A stretch of DNA of 64,000 nt from Candidatus Latescibacterota bacterium (GCA_964291625.2 OZ220089.1:3392001-3456000); one strand, 5' to 3'; shown: positions 10,012 to 20,697, counted from the stretch's first letter. Program-made: numbers and translations. The notes: generated by a model not told the origin, from the letters alone.

Positions 10012-11469
10012 ATGGCCAAGAGGAAAGCGAAGGCGAAGGCGGTACCGAAGAGGAGGGCGGCAGCCGGCACAGCCCCGGCCGGCGTCATCGAGCTGGGCGG
10101 CAGGCGCGAGTTGTTCGTCGACGACTACCTGATCGAGCGGCTCTCCAACGTCGAGCTGCGCCTGCAGAAGCCGGTGCCGCGGAACGTGGCCCTCGACCAC
10201 GATGTGCCGTGGGAGGGCAACACCAGCGCCTACCACACGGTCTTCCAGGACGGCCGCCTGTTCCGCGCCTACTACCGGGGCTCTCACTACGACCCGGGCG
10301 GCTACAAACCGGTCGTGTGCTACGCCGAGAGCCGCGACGGCATCGAGTGGTACCGGCCGGAGCTGGGCCTGGTGAGCTACAAGGGCTCGACGCGCAACAA
10401 CATCATCTGGGACGGCCCCGGCTCGCTCGACTTCACGCCCTTCCGCGACACCAATCCGGACTGCCGCGAGGGAGAGGAGTACAAGGCCCTGGGCAGCCCG
10501 AGCGCGCGCAACCATGAAGAGCAGGCGCTCCTCGCCTTCAAATCGCCGGACGGCGTGCACTGGAGCCTGCTGTCGGAAGAGCCGGTGATGGATCACACGG
10601 CGGGCACCAATGTATTCGACTCGCAGAACCTGGCCTTCTACGAGCCTCGCCGCGGCTGCTACGTCGAGTACCACCGCGACTCCATCTACCCCGGCGGCGT
10701 GCGCTACCGCCAGATCATGACCTGCACCTCCACCGACTTCCGGAGCTGGACGAAGCCGCAGTTGCTCGACTATGGAGACGCACCCCTCGAGCACCTCTAC
10801 ACCAACGCCGTGACGCCCTACTACCGGGCCCCGCACATCTACATGGGCTTCCCCAAGCGTTTCATGCCGGACCGCCGCATGCCCGGCAACACGGTCGCCG
10901 GCGTATCGGACGGCCTGTACATGACCAGCCGCGACGGCCTCCACTTCAAGCGCTGGGGAGAGGCCTTCGTGCCGCCCGGGCCGCAGCGCAGGCGTTGGGG
11001 GAGCCGCAACAACATGACGGCCTGGGGTATTCTGGAGACGGCCAGCGACCTTCCCACGGCGCCCAGGGAGCTGTCGATCTTCAGCGGCGAGGGATTCTTC
11101 GGCGGCGAGGCCACCCGGCTGCGGCGCTACACCCTGCGCCTGGACGGCTTCGTCTCGGCCAACGCGCCGCTGAAGGGGGGCGAGCTGATCACCCGGCCCT
11201 TCACCTTCGAGGGTGGGGCCCTGAGTCTGAACGCGGCCACGTCCGCCGCCGGCTCGGTGCGCGTCGAGCTCCAGGACGGCGACGGCAAGACGCTGAAGGG
11301 GTACGCCCTCCGCGACTGCGACGAGATCTACGGCGACTACCTGGACCACAAGGTCACCTGGAAGGGCCTGGCCGACGTCAGCGGCCTGGCGGGGCAACCG
11401 GTGCGCCTGCGCTTCGCCCTCAGCGACGCCGACCTGTACAGCCTGCAGTTCACGCCCCGGCCCGTCTGA
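10012..11469 (+). CDS. Five-bladed beta-propeller glycosidase-like protein
   Basis: RRELFVDDYLIE, YAESRDGIEW.RPELG, SPDGVHW, FDSQNLAF, SRDGLHF, LRLDGFVS. Confidence 0.8.
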   Translation: MAKRKAKAKAVPKRRAAAGTAPAGVIELGGRRELFVDDYLIERLSNVELRLQKPVPRNVALDHDVPWEGNTSAYHTVFQDGRLFRAYYRGSHYDPGGYKPVVCYAESRDGIEWYRPELGLVSYKGSTRNNIIWDGPGSLDFTPFRDTNPDCREGEEYKALGSPSARNHEEQALLAFKSPDGVHWSLLSEEPVMDHTAGTNVFDSQNLAFYEPRRGCYVEYHRDSIYPGGVRYRQIMTCTSTDFRSWTKPQLLDYGDAPLEHLYTNAVTPYYRAPHIYMGFPKRFMPDRRMPGNTVAGVSDGLYMTSRDGLHFKRWGEAFVPPGPQRRRWGSRNNMTAWGILETASDLPTAPRELSIFSGEGFFGGEATRLRRYTLRLDGFVSANAPLKGGELITRPFTFEGGALSLNAATSAAGSVRVELQDGDGKTLKGYALRDCDEIYGDYLDHKVTWKGLADVSGLAGQPVRLRFALSDADLYSLQFTPRPV

Positions 11470-11588
11470 GATCCGATGCATCCACGCGGCGGCCTGCGGA
11501 TCTTCTGCGACGACGCCATGCTGCTTGACGCCTCCCGAAGGGGCTAGCTACCGTAACGGCGGTTTCCGTCCGTGGAGGAGGCGAATCC

Positions 11589-13538
11589 ATGCGCTCCTGC
11601 CTGCTCTCCTGCCTCGTCGCCGGCCTGCTCGCCCACGGCGCCTCGGGTGCAACCCTCATCCGGATCGGCCAGCCCCATACCGCGGCCGAGCGGGACAGCC
11701 TCGACCGGTTGGGCGTCGAGGTTCTCCACGTCCCCTGGCTGTCGGCGCACGTGCAGGACCAGATCGACCAGGACTCCCTGCAAGCCGATATGCTGGTGCC
11801 GAAGTTCCTCCCCGACGACGAGGATCTCGCCGCCGGACTGCTGGACCGGGGCGGCCGGGTCTGGGTCGACCACAACATCGGGGTAGGCGGCGAGAACACC
11901 CTCGTCGGGCAGGTGCTCATCGATCAGGACCCCACCACCGAATACGTGTGGGCCGAGATCGAGGCGGACCGGTTCGGGTTGAGGGGCTGGTGGGGCAAGG
12001 TCACCTTCGATCTCGGCGGACGGTTCCTGATCAAGGAGGTGCGGTTCCGGCCCGTCGAGGGCCGCACCGACCACTACCTGGATACCTTCGCCCTCGGTGT
12101 CAGCGACCTGGTCTTCAACACCTACCGGATCCCGTGGTTCAACCGCGAGCGGTGCGGGCCTCCCTGCGGCGAGCGCGAGGTGGCCTCCGTCAAGGAGAAC
12201 TCCGAGCACGACATGCGCATCGTGCTGGACCCGCCGGTGACGACCGAGGCGATCCAGCTCCTCGTCACACGCACCTCGCCGAGGGAGCTCGGACTGGCCG
12301 ACTTCGAGGTCTACGGCGGCGGCTACGTGACCGAGGCCGCGTACGAGTCGGAGGTCGTGGAGCTGCCGGACATCGCGAGCTGGGGGGAGATCCGCTGGTC
12401 GGGCCGTCAGGATCCACGCGCCCGCGTCCAGATCCGTTCGCGTCTGGGCAGCGACCGCCACCCGGAGATCTACTGGGAGTACCGTCCCGACCTGCTCGAC
12501 AGGGTCGAGTACCTCGACGGCGGAGGCGAGCTCAGCGTGACGGAGTACAAGGCGCAGTACGACAAGCTCGCGGGCCACTTCAAGCCCCAGGACGAGGAGG
12601 ACCGGGTGAGCTCCGACATCCAGAACTGGAGCTTCTGGTCCCGCATCTACTCCTTCGATGAGCCCGGGGTCGAGATCGTCTCTTCCGGTCCCCGCCAGTA
12701 CTTCCAGGTCCGCGTCGACTTCTCCTCGAGCACGGTGGAGGACGGCGGCCGCATCGACTACATCGAGGCCATGGCGTCGAAACCGATGGCGCGCGAGCTG
12801 GTGGCCGAGATCTTCCCGGTGACGACCCGGGTCGGCGAGGTGACGCGGTTCACCTACTACGTGAAGCCCACGATCCGCGGCGGCGACGGCGGCTTCGACG
12901 GACTGGAGATCTCGACGCCCTTCACCGTCGTCTCGGTCGACTCGCTGCGCATCGACGCGGTGGACGAGCCCTTGACCTGGACCCGCACCGAGGAGGGCTT
13001 CGAGGTCCTTCTGCCGCGGCGGCTGGGGACGACGGACAGCGGGGCCCTCCTCGAGGTCGTCTTCACGGCCCCGGTCCTGCGCGAGGTGAGCACTCCTTTC
13101 GCCGGCCGCGTCTTCGACACCGAGAGGCCCCTGGAGGTGCGCCAGCAGGTCAGTCCCGGCGACGCCATCGCCGAAATCGACAGCGATCAGCTCACCGTGC
13201 AGGCCCCCCTGAGCGCCTCGCTCCTGTTCTCGCCGCGCTTCGAGCCGAATCCGTTCACGCCCAATGGCGACGGGGTCAACGATGTCGTGCACATCTCCTA
13301 CAAGCTGCTGCGCCTGACCGCCGCCGTCCCCCTCTCGATCATGATCCACGATCTCTCGGGCCGCCTCGTGAAGCGGCTCTACTCGGGAGACGATTCCCTG
13401 GGCGAGTACGACCGTCCGTGGGATGGCCGGGACGAGGCGAACCAGCTCGTTCCCCCCGGCCTGTACCTCTGCCGGATCGAGGCCGACGCGGGGTCGAAGC
13501 GGGAGACGAGCATCGGCCTCGTCTCCGTAGCCTACTGA
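11589..13538 (+). CDS. Secreted protein with C-terminal FlgD-Ig / CHU_C-like domain, paralog A
   Basis: GGAGGAGG RBS, signal peptide, WSFWS, PNPFTPNGDGVND...HDLSGRLVKRL...WDG...PPGLY...VSVAY*. Confidence 0.8.
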   Translation: MRSCLLSCLVAGLLAHGASGATLIRIGQPHTAAERDSLDRLGVEVLHVPWLSAHVQDQIDQDSLQADMLVPKFLPDDEDLAAGLLDRGGRVWVDHNIGVGGENTLVGQVLIDQDPTTEYVWAEIEADRFGLRGWWGKVTFDLGGRFLIKEVRFRPVEGRTDHYLDTFALGVSDLVFNTYRIPWFNRERCGPPCGEREVASVKENSEHDMRIVLDPPVTTEAIQLLVTRTSPRELGLADFEVYGGGYVTEAAYESEVVELPDIASWGEIRWSGRQDPRARVQIRSRLGSDRHPEIYWEYRPDLLDRVEYLDGGGELSVTEYKAQYDKLAGHFKPQDEEDRVSSDIQNWSFWSRIYSFDEPGVEIVSSGPRQYFQVRVDFSSSTVEDGGRIDYIEAMASKPMARELVAEIFPVTTRVGEVTRFTYYVKPTIRGGDGGFDGLEISTPFTVVSVDSLRIDAVDEPLTWTRTEEGFEVLLPRRLGTTDSGALLEVVFTAPVLREVSTPFAGRVFDTERPLEVRQQVSPGDAIAEIDSDQLTVQAPLSASLLFSPRFEPNPFTPNGDGVNDVVHISYKLLRLTAAVPLSIMIHDLSGRLVKRLYSGDDSLGEYDRPWDGRDEANQLVPPGLYLCRIEADAGSKRETSIGLVSVAY

Positions 13539-13539
13539 C

Positions 13540-16221
13540 ATGAGCGCGCCCCGAGTGCCGCCGCGTGTCCCGCGTCCGCCTTCGGTCCTGGCGGCGGTCC
13601 TGGTCCTGGCATTCTCCACGCCCGGAGGGGGACAGCAGGGCTACAGCCGCGAAGCGAACCGCGTGGTCATCGACACGCCCACCCAGTGGCAGGAGTGGCA
13701 GTCGGCCACGGCGGAGATCAGCGAATCCGGCGTGCGCCCCGGCTACATCCGCCGGAGCACCCGCCTGGAGGTCGACGGCGAGACGGTCGTCGTGCCCGGC
13801 GTCAACGCCTCCCTCGACGCGGCCGCCTTCGGCGGCGGTGTGAGGGCCGCGGGCTCGGGCGCGGCGAGCGCCGGCGCGCTGATGGACGGCCGCCTGGACA
13901 CCTGGTGGGAGCCGGACCCGGACGATCCCGTGCGCGACTGGTGGGTGCAGCTCGACCTGGGCCGGACCGTGTCGGCCACCCGGATCGTCCTCAAGTTCGT
14001 CGACGCGGATCTGGGCGATCCCTTCCTCCACTTCAAGGTCACCACCTCCCAGGGGGAGCTCAATCTCGGCCTGCCGATCTACCGGACGCGCTACACGACC
14101 AACACGCCGGTGAAGGGCCAGCGGGTCTTCGAGATCGACCTGCGGACGCAGTCGCCGACGAAGTGGCCCGTCGTGTACGGCGACTTCACGGGGGACGTGA
14201 TCAACCTCGTCGGCATCCAGGCCACCGACAGCGACTTCGGCAAGGCCCGCCAGGTCTCCGAGGCCGTCTGGGAGAGCCTGCCGCCCGACCAGCAGGGGGA
14301 CGTGGAGTACTACCGGCTCGACGCCCGCGGCCGGGAGCGGCTCCTGGGCGGCAAGGAGGACTGGGACTCCCTGGAGGGCACCGGCCGCCAGGGGCCGGTG
14401 GTCCACTACCGCCGCGAGCGTCCCCGGCTGGCCGAGGTCGAGGTGTGGTCCATCGGCGACAACATCGGCACCGGGGTGCTGGAGCGGGGGGGGACTCTGA
14501 CCAGCGTCGACGACACCGGGGCCGAGCCCGCCGTCGTGGACGGACACTTCTTCGGCGAGCAGGCCCACTGGAGCGCCCTCGGCGGCTTCAACCCCGACCA
14601 GGCCTCGGTATTCCAGTCGCAGGACCTGGAGCGCCAGCTCCTCATCGATCTGGGGGGCGCCTTCTTTCTCGACCACATCCGGGTCCTGCAGCGGAACCAG
14701 GGGTTCGGCCATGTCCTCGGCTTCCCCCAGTACCGGATCGAGCTCTCCGACGGCTCGCGGGTCGCCGGCGGCAGCCTCGCGTGGAAGACGGTGGGGTCGG
14801 CGGGCAATCTCGACAACAGCCACGAACCGACGAGCCAGACGTACAACGGCTTCGATTTCCCCCTCACCAAGGCGAAGTACTTCGCCTTCACCTACCCCCT
14901 CTTCGCCAAGCCGGCCGACTCGGGCACGCTCTCCTTCGGCCTGTCGGAGATCCAGTTCTTCGGGGAGGGCTACATGCCCGAGGTGGAGATCACCTCCGTC
15001 TTCGACGGGGATCTCCCCTTCATCGAGCTCGGCAGCCGCGCCCGGAACCTGACCACCGTCGAGTGGGACGCCGACCTGCCGCCGGGGACCGGACTCGTGC
15101 TGCAGACGCGCACCGGCGACACCGTCCTGGAGTCGACCCACTACCTGAAGAAGAGCGGCGAGCCGTACCCGGGGACCCTGGAGGAGGCGAAGAACAAGTG
15201 GGAGGAGGACAAGAAGTTCTTCGGCGACGCCGCCGTCGGGCCCATCGTCACCGAGAAGCTCCCCGGTCCCGACTGGAGCGGCTGGAGCCAGCCCTACGAG
15301 CGGTCCGGCGACCGGATCACCTCGCCCAGCCCGCGGCGCTACGTCGCCATCCGCGCCATCCTCCTCACCGATGAGCCTCGCGCGGCCCCCACCCTGCGCT
15401 CGGTGGCGCTGAACTTCGCGCGCCCCGTGGCCAGGAGCCTGGTGGCCGAGGTCCTGCCCGCCCGCCTGGAGGAGATCGGCAGCCGGCAGGCGTTCTCCTA
15501 CATCCTGCGCTCGACCTTCGAGGGCGACAGCCGGGGCTTCGACGAGATCCTCCTCGAGGGCCCTCCGGGGCTGGAGATGGACCTCGACCGGGTGGTCGTC
15601 GAGGCCGGCGAGGAGCCGGCCCTCGCCTGGGAGGCCGCCGACGAGCGGCTCGAGGTGCTGAGGGACGGCTCCGACTCCCTGTGGGTCCGCCTGCCGGCGC
15701 CGGTCGAGGCCGGAGCCGGGGAGGCGCGGGTGGAGCTGCACTTCGAGTGCGTCCCCTACACCTACAACAGCTACTTCATCGGTTCCGTCGGGCACTCGGG
15801 CTTCGCCGGTTCCTGGCAGGGGGTCGAGGACGGCGACGCCAACGGCGTCACCGACAGCGAGACGACGATCGTCCTGGCCCTGCAGCGCGGCGACGTGCTG
15901 GGAGCGGTGGAGATCTCCAGCCCGGTGGTCACCCCCAACGGCGACGGCGCCAACGACGAGCTGGGGGCCCGCTTCACCCTGATGCGCATCAGCGCGCCGG
16001 CGCCGGCCGCGGTGGAGGTCTACGACCTGGGCGGCCGGCTGGTGAAGAGGCTGTGGGACGGGCCCCTCGCGGCGGGAGGCCACAGCGTCGCCTGGTCGGG
16101 CGTCGACGCCTCCGGGGCCTTCGTGCCGCCGGGGATCTACCTGTTGCGGATCGCCGTCGATCTCGACTCCGGTTCCGGCGGCAGCACCCGGGCCCACCGG
16201 CTCGTGCATGTCGCCTACTGA
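13540..16221 (+). CDS. Secreted protein with discoidin-like and FlgD-Ig / CHU_C-like domains, paralog B
   Basis: MDGRLDTWW...WWVQLDLG (F5/8-like), WSGWS, VTPNGDGAND...YDLGGRLVKRL...PPGIY...VHVAY*. Confidence 0.8.
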   Translation: MSAPRVPPRVPRPPSVLAAVLVLAFSTPGGGQQGYSREANRVVIDTPTQWQEWQSATAEISESGVRPGYIRRSTRLEVDGETVVVPGVNASLDAAAFGGGVRAAGSGAASAGALMDGRLDTWWEPDPDDPVRDWWVQLDLGRTVSATRIVLKFVDADLGDPFLHFKVTTSQGELNLGLPIYRTRYTTNTPVKGQRVFEIDLRTQSPTKWPVVYGDFTGDVINLVGIQATDSDFGKARQVSEAVWESLPPDQQGDVEYYRLDARGRERLLGGKEDWDSLEGTGRQGPVVHYRRERPRLAEVEVWSIGDNIGTGVLERGGTLTSVDDTGAEPAVVDGHFFGEQAHWSALGGFNPDQASVFQSQDLERQLLIDLGGAFFLDHIRVLQRNQGFGHVLGFPQYRIELSDGSRVAGGSLAWKTVGSAGNLDNSHEPTSQTYNGFDFPLTKAKYFAFTYPLFAKPADSGTLSFGLSEIQFFGEGYMPEVEITSVFDGDLPFIELGSRARNLTTVEWDADLPPGTGLVLQTRTGDTVLESTHYLKKSGEPYPGTLEEAKNKWEEDKKFFGDAAVGPIVTEKLPGPDWSGWSQPYERSGDRITSPSPRRYVAIRAILLTDEPRAAPTLRSVALNFARPVARSLVAEVLPARLEEIGSRQAFSYILRSTFEGDSRGFDEILLEGPPGLEMDLDRVVVEAGEEPALAWEAADERLEVLRDGSDSLWVRLPAPVEAGAGEARVELHFECVPYTYNSYFIGSVGHSGFAGSWQGVEDGDANGVTDSETTIVLALQRGDVLGAVEISSPVVTPNGDGANDELGARFTLMRISAPAPAAVEVYDLGGRLVKRLWDGPLAAGGHSVAWSGVDASGAFVPPGIYLLRIAVDLDSGSGGSTRAHRLVHVAY

Positions 16222-17953
16222 CCGCGCCCGCATGGCGGCTCGGGCGGCATCGCTTCCGGCGGCCGTCGCGGCGGCCCTCGCCTTCGGGACCGCCGCGGGC
16301 CCCGCCGCCGCCGAGCTTGTCGTCGTCGGCGGCAGCGGCCCGGGCTCCCGCCCATGGGGCGAGAGCCAGTCGGTGGTCTCCGTCATCGACTTCGACACGC
16401 GTCCCGGCTTCATCCTGCCGGCCCGCAACGGTCCCGAGGACAACATCGCCCTGAGGCTGCTGCAGCGCGGCGGTCGGATCACCTCGCCGAATGCGCGGGT
16501 GGTCCTCGAGACATCGCAGAGCGCCGTGGACGAGCTGCTGAGCAAGATGGTGGACGGCGGCGGCGAGGCCTTCGTCATCCCCGGGGCGCAGACGAGGGGG
16601 ATCATCTTCCGCGTCGACCTGGGGGAGCGGTTCGGCGTCAACCGGGTCCGGTTCTACCCGCGGCCCGGCTTCGAGGAGGCGTACCTGCGGGGCTACCGGC
16701 TGTCGCTCAACGACGGCAGCGAGGCCCAGACGACGATCTCGGGTGAGCCGAAGATGAGGGTCTTCAAGTCGGACGACCGCAACACGGACCCCGTCGTCGA
16801 CATCCCCATCCCGCTGCAGTACGTGCGCTACATGGAGATTCAGCAGCTGGTGAGGGGGGCGTGGGAGATCGACGAGTTCGAAGTCTTCGGCGAGGGCTTC
16901 CCTTCCGCGGCGTCCTACCTGTCCCGGGTCTTCGACCAGGGACAGGCAGCCGTCTTCGGCAGCCTCTGGTGGTCGGAGGAGGCCATCGGTGAGCCGGCCA
17001 AGGTGAAGGCCACCCTGCGGACGCGCAGCGGCACGACGCCGGAGACCGGCGACAGCCTCGCCTGGAGCGGCTGGTCGCCTCCCTACCCGTCGGGGGCGTC
17101 CGCCGCCGTCGCCTCCCCGGCTCCCCGGAGATACTGGCAGTTCCACGTCCAGCTCGAGAGCACGGAGATCCTCTCGGCGGCGCTGGTCGACTCCATCGCC
17201 GTCGAGGTCTCTCCCGCCCTGGCCGATTCCCTGGTGGCGGAGGTGTGGCCCCGGGAGGCCGTCATCGGCCAGCCGACGGAGCTCACCTACTGGGTGCGCA
17301 GCTACAACAGCCGCGGCTTCGACCGGCTCGACATCGACACCCAGGCGCCGGTGGAGGTCATCCGGTCGGTGCAGATCGACGGCGGCGACGTGGCGTGGGA
17401 GAAGGCCGACATCGAGGGCGGGGTCCGGGTCGGATTCCCGAGGGTCACGGGCGACCGGGTGCTGCGAGTCGTCTTCGAGAGCATCGCCCTGCGCTACAAG
17501 ACCGTCTTCAGCGGCAGGGCCTCGGACAGCGAGAGGCCGGGGGACCTGCCCCAGGAACTGGCGGCGGGAGAGACGGGCGCCGATGCCGACGCCGCGGGCG
17601 GCGGGCTGTCGGTCACCACCCGCTTCGCCGGCGACCTCGTCCACGCCGTCGAGGTCGATCCGGCGCCGTTCTCGCCCAATGGCGACGGTCTCAACGACGA
17701 GGCCACCATCACCTGGGACCTGACCAATCTGACGAGCCGCGTCCCCGTCTCGGCGGCGGTCTACGATCTGGCGGGACGGCGGCGGAAGCGGGTCTACTCC
17801 GGCCTCGACGGCAGCGGGCGCTACGACAGGGCCTGGGACGGGACCGACGACGCCGGAGAGAGGCTGCCGCCGGGGCTGTACGTGGTGCGCGTGGAGATCG
17901 AAGCGGACACGGGGACCGAGAGCCGGACGGCGATCGTGTCCGTCGTGTACTGA
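16208..17953 (+). CDS. Secreted protein with FlgD-Ig / CHU_C-like domain, paralog C
   Basis: Ala-rich signal peptide, VDLGERFGVNRVRFYPR, WSGWS, FSPNGDGLND...YDLAGR...PPGLY...VSVVY*. Confidence 0.8.
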   Translation: MSPTDRARMAARAASLPAAVAAALAFGTAAGPAAAELVVVGGSGPGSRPWGESQSVVSVIDFDTRPGFILPARNGPEDNIALRLLQRGGRITSPNARVVLETSQSAVDELLSKMVDGGGEAFVIPGAQTRGIIFRVDLGERFGVNRVRFYPRPGFEEAYLRGYRLSLNDGSEAQTTISGEPKMRVFKSDDRNTDPVVDIPIPLQYVRYMEIQQLVRGAWEIDEFEVFGEGFPSAASYLSRVFDQGQAAVFGSLWWSEEAIGEPAKVKATLRTRSGTTPETGDSLAWSGWSPPYPSGASAAVASPAPRRYWQFHVQLESTEILSAALVDSIAVEVSPALADSLVAEVWPREAVIGQPTELTYWVRSYNSRGFDRLDIDTQAPVEVIRSVQIDGGDVAWEKADIEGGVRVGFPRVTGDRVLRVVFESIALRYKTVFSGRASDSERPGDLPQELAAGETGADADAAGGGLSVTTRFAGDLVHAVEVDPAPFSPNGDGLNDEATITWDLTNLTSRVPVSAAVYDLAGRRRKRVYSGLDGSGRYDRAWDGTDDAGERLPPGLYVVRVEIEADTGTESRTAIVSVVY

Positions 17954-17969
17954 AGGGGGAATCGCAAGG

Positions 17970-20675
17970 ATGGCTGGTCACGCAGTTCGGGTGAGAATGT
18001 GGGGAGCAGGGCCGCGGGTCATGGGCTGCGCCGCGGTCCTGGCGCTGATCCTGGTCTCTTCGCAGGCCGATGCGCAGGGGGCCGACCACCGGCTCACGGG
18101 TGCCCGTGTAGCCGGCAAGCTCACTTTCGAGCCCAGGGGGCCGGGCGTCCTCTTCGGGGCCCTCGACCCGGCGGTGAGGAAGTGGTACGTGCCGCAGGAG
18201 CTGTACCACGAGTACCGGTGGAGGTCGTGGGAGTACACCAACTACGCCAGGGAGATCTACCAGCGCTACGTGGGCACCAACCTGGAGGGCGACTACTTCT
18301 ACGACCTCTACGGCACCTACGTCACCCGCGGCTGGCTGATCTACGACTGGAGCCAGACGCAGCCGCAGCAGGACGGCAGCAACGTCTGGAAGAGCGCCTA
18401 CTACGGGGGCTTCTTCAACAACCTCGTCGTCGCCGCCGACCGCAAGGGGCAGAATCACCTGGCCATCACCATCGGCGACGAGATCCGCACCACCTTGACG
18501 CCCATGACGTTCTCCAAGCCGGCCTTCGACGGCATCCAGATCGACTACCAGTCCAACAAGTACGAGGTCACCGCCCTGCTGTCGCGCATCAGCTCCCCCG
18601 GTTCCGCCGGCCACCGCAACCCCTCCGTGCAGGAGACGACCACGTCGTCGACCCTCACCGGGGGCCGCGCCACCGCCCAGGTGGGCGACTTCGTGAAGGT
18701 GGGCGGCACCTACGCGAGCGCCCACAACTCCACCCAGCTCCTCGACGCCTTCGAGGGGAGCCCCCGCACCGGCTCGATCGTGGGAAGCCAGAACGCGCAG
18801 AACGTCACCCGGGTCCTGGTGCGGCTCTCGGACGATTCCCCGGAGGACGACGAAGGGGGGGTGAACCTCTTCGCCTGGGACGTGGTGATCAAGGCCGACG
18901 TCGAGCAGGTGGGCCCCGACGGCGAGCTGATCGTGGAGAGGGAGGTGGTGCGCGCCAGCGAGGCCGGCCTGATCCCGGCACCCGAGGGGGGGTTCCAGCG
19001 GTTGGGCTACGTCGAGGCCAGCGGCGCCGAGCAGATCGAGCTGATCTACGACTTCACCCTCGCCACCTACCACGGCCCCGACCCCTCGCAGATCCGCGAG
19101 CTCACCTTCGAACTGGCCGTTGCCAACGACTACCGGATCGAGATCACCTCGGACCGGCAGACCGACCGGCAGGGGACCCCCTTCTATCTCCTGGCGGCGC
19201 GGGCCGACGGCAACGTCCAGGACGGCTCCAACCTGAGCCTCCTGCAGATCCCGTACGGCCTGCCCACGGCGACGGAGATCTTCGGCTTCACCCTGGAGGT
19301 GCAGGACCTGGGGGGCTTCAAGCTCTACGGCGAGTGGGACCGGAGCATCAGCCACCGCAAGTACCCCAACCGCGCCCACACCCGCCACCTGGGCTCGGCC
19401 AGCGAAGGCGACGCCTGGATGGTGAACCTGTCGAAGATCGCCTACCCCTGGTTCGCCTTCGGCGAGGCCTACAGCATGGAGCACGACTACAACACGAGCG
19501 CCATCCTGGCCCGCGGCGGGCAGAGCATCGACTACTCCGACAAGGGCCAGTTCTACTACGAGCTGGTGGAGGACAACGACGACCAGGACCGCTTCCCCGA
19601 CTGGCAGCGGATCTTCGACAACGCCGACTTCGAGATCTTCCCGGGGTACGACGAGAACGTCGACTTCGTCTCCGACTTCAACCAGAACTCCACCCGCGAC
19701 CTGCCGAACCTGGTGCCCGACTACGAGGAACCCTTCCTGCGCTTCACCACGGACCGGCCCGAGTTCCTCTTCGGCGTCGACATGAACAACAACCTGTGGG
19801 TCGACCGCTTCGAGAACGACGACGAGCCCGACTTCCCCTACGGGCGGGACCTGCGCGGATACAACGTCTACGGCGGCGTCGACGTGATCCCCAGGGTCCG
19901 GCTCACCCTCGGCCGCACCGACGAGAGCCTCATCGCCGGCGACGGCCGCAACACCACGAACTACCTGCTCTTCACCGTGGAGCAGGACTACGCCGGCCTC
20001 GGCGAGATCCGGTTCTTCGAGAGCTTCCGCGTCGCCGAGGACGACATCGCCGACGACCTGCGCCAGTGGTCGGAGGTCGACCGCGGCAACGTGCCCACCC
20101 TCGATCCCCTGGCGGCGCGGGACACCTGGATCAACTCGACCTTCCTCGGCTTCGACTACACCGGCATCGACGACCTGACCCTGACGACGAAGGCCAAGTA
20201 CGACCGCTGGCACCAGCGGCAGGAGCAGCCGGACCTGCGGGAGGACTCCTACTTCCTCGGCCTGATCAACAAGATCGATCACGAGCGCCAGGTGGCGCAG
20301 GTCATCCTCCAGCCGCGGTTGAAGAACGAGCTGCGCCTGGAGGCCCCGCCCCTGAAGTCCGGCGCCAGGCGCCGCGAGGACACGCTGCTGTTGTCCCTGC
20401 TGGCGCGTTGGCCCCTGCTCGACGCGTCGTCCATGGAGGTGGGCGTGGAGTACACGATCTTCAACCAGTTGCGCGAGTCCGAGACCGCGGTCCGGGAGGG
20501 ACTCCTCGACGACTTCACCGAGGTCGTGGCGGCGGTGCAGTACTCGACCTCCCCCTCTTACCAGGGGTACAAGCTGCACACCAAGTTGGGTCTGCGGCTG
20601 ACGCGGCGAGAGATCGGCGGCGAGACGGAGTCCGGCAAGGTGGCCTTCGCCACCGTGTACGCCGGTCTGCGATAG
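17970..20675 (+). CDS. Large exported protein, putative outer-membrane beta-barrel with Ca-binding Asp-rich loops
   Basis: Signal peptide; DNDDQDRFPD, YDENVDFVSDFNQN and DMNNNLWVD motifs; amphipathic strand-like C-terminus ending FATVYAGLR. Start may be 17998 or 18021. Confidence 0.65.
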   Translation: MAGHAVRVRMWGAGPRVMGCAAVLALILVSSQADAQGADHRLTGARVAGKLTFEPRGPGVLFGALDPAVRKWYVPQELYHEYRWRSWEYTNYAREIYQRYVGTNLEGDYFYDLYGTYVTRGWLIYDWSQTQPQQDGSNVWKSAYYGGFFNNLVVAADRKGQNHLAITIGDEIRTTLTPMTFSKPAFDGIQIDYQSNKYEVTALLSRISSPGSAGHRNPSVQETTTSSTLTGGRATAQVGDFVKVGGTYASAHNSTQLLDAFEGSPRTGSIVGSQNAQNVTRVLVRLSDDSPEDDEGGVNLFAWDVVIKADVEQVGPDGELIVEREVVRASEAGLIPAPEGGFQRLGYVEASGAEQIELIYDFTLATYHGPDPSQIRELTFELAVANDYRIEITSDRQTDRQGTPFYLLAARADGNVQDGSNLSLLQIPYGLPTATEIFGFTLEVQDLGGFKLYGEWDRSISHRKYPNRAHTRHLGSASEGDAWMVNLSKIAYPWFAFGEAYSMEHDYNTSAILARGGQSIDYSDKGQFYYELVEDNDDQDRFPDWQRIFDNADFEIFPGYDENVDFVSDFNQNSTRDLPNLVPDYEEPFLRFTTDRPEFLFGVDMNNNLWVDRFENDDEPDFPYGRDLRGYNVYGGVDVIPRVRLTLGRTDESLIAGDGRNTTNYLLFTVEQDYAGLGEIRFFESFRVAEDDIADDLRQWSEVDRGNVPTLDPLAARDTWINSTFLGFDYTGIDDLTLTTKAKYDRWHQRQEQPDLREDSYFLGLINKIDHERQVAQVILQPRLKNELRLEAPPLKSGARRREDTLLLSLLARWPLLDASSMEVGVEYTIFNQLRESETAVREGLLDDFTEVVAAVQYSTSPSYQGYKLHTKLGLRLTRREIGGETESGKVAFATVYAGLR

Positions 20676-20697
20676 GCAAACAGGAAAGGAGGGTAGA

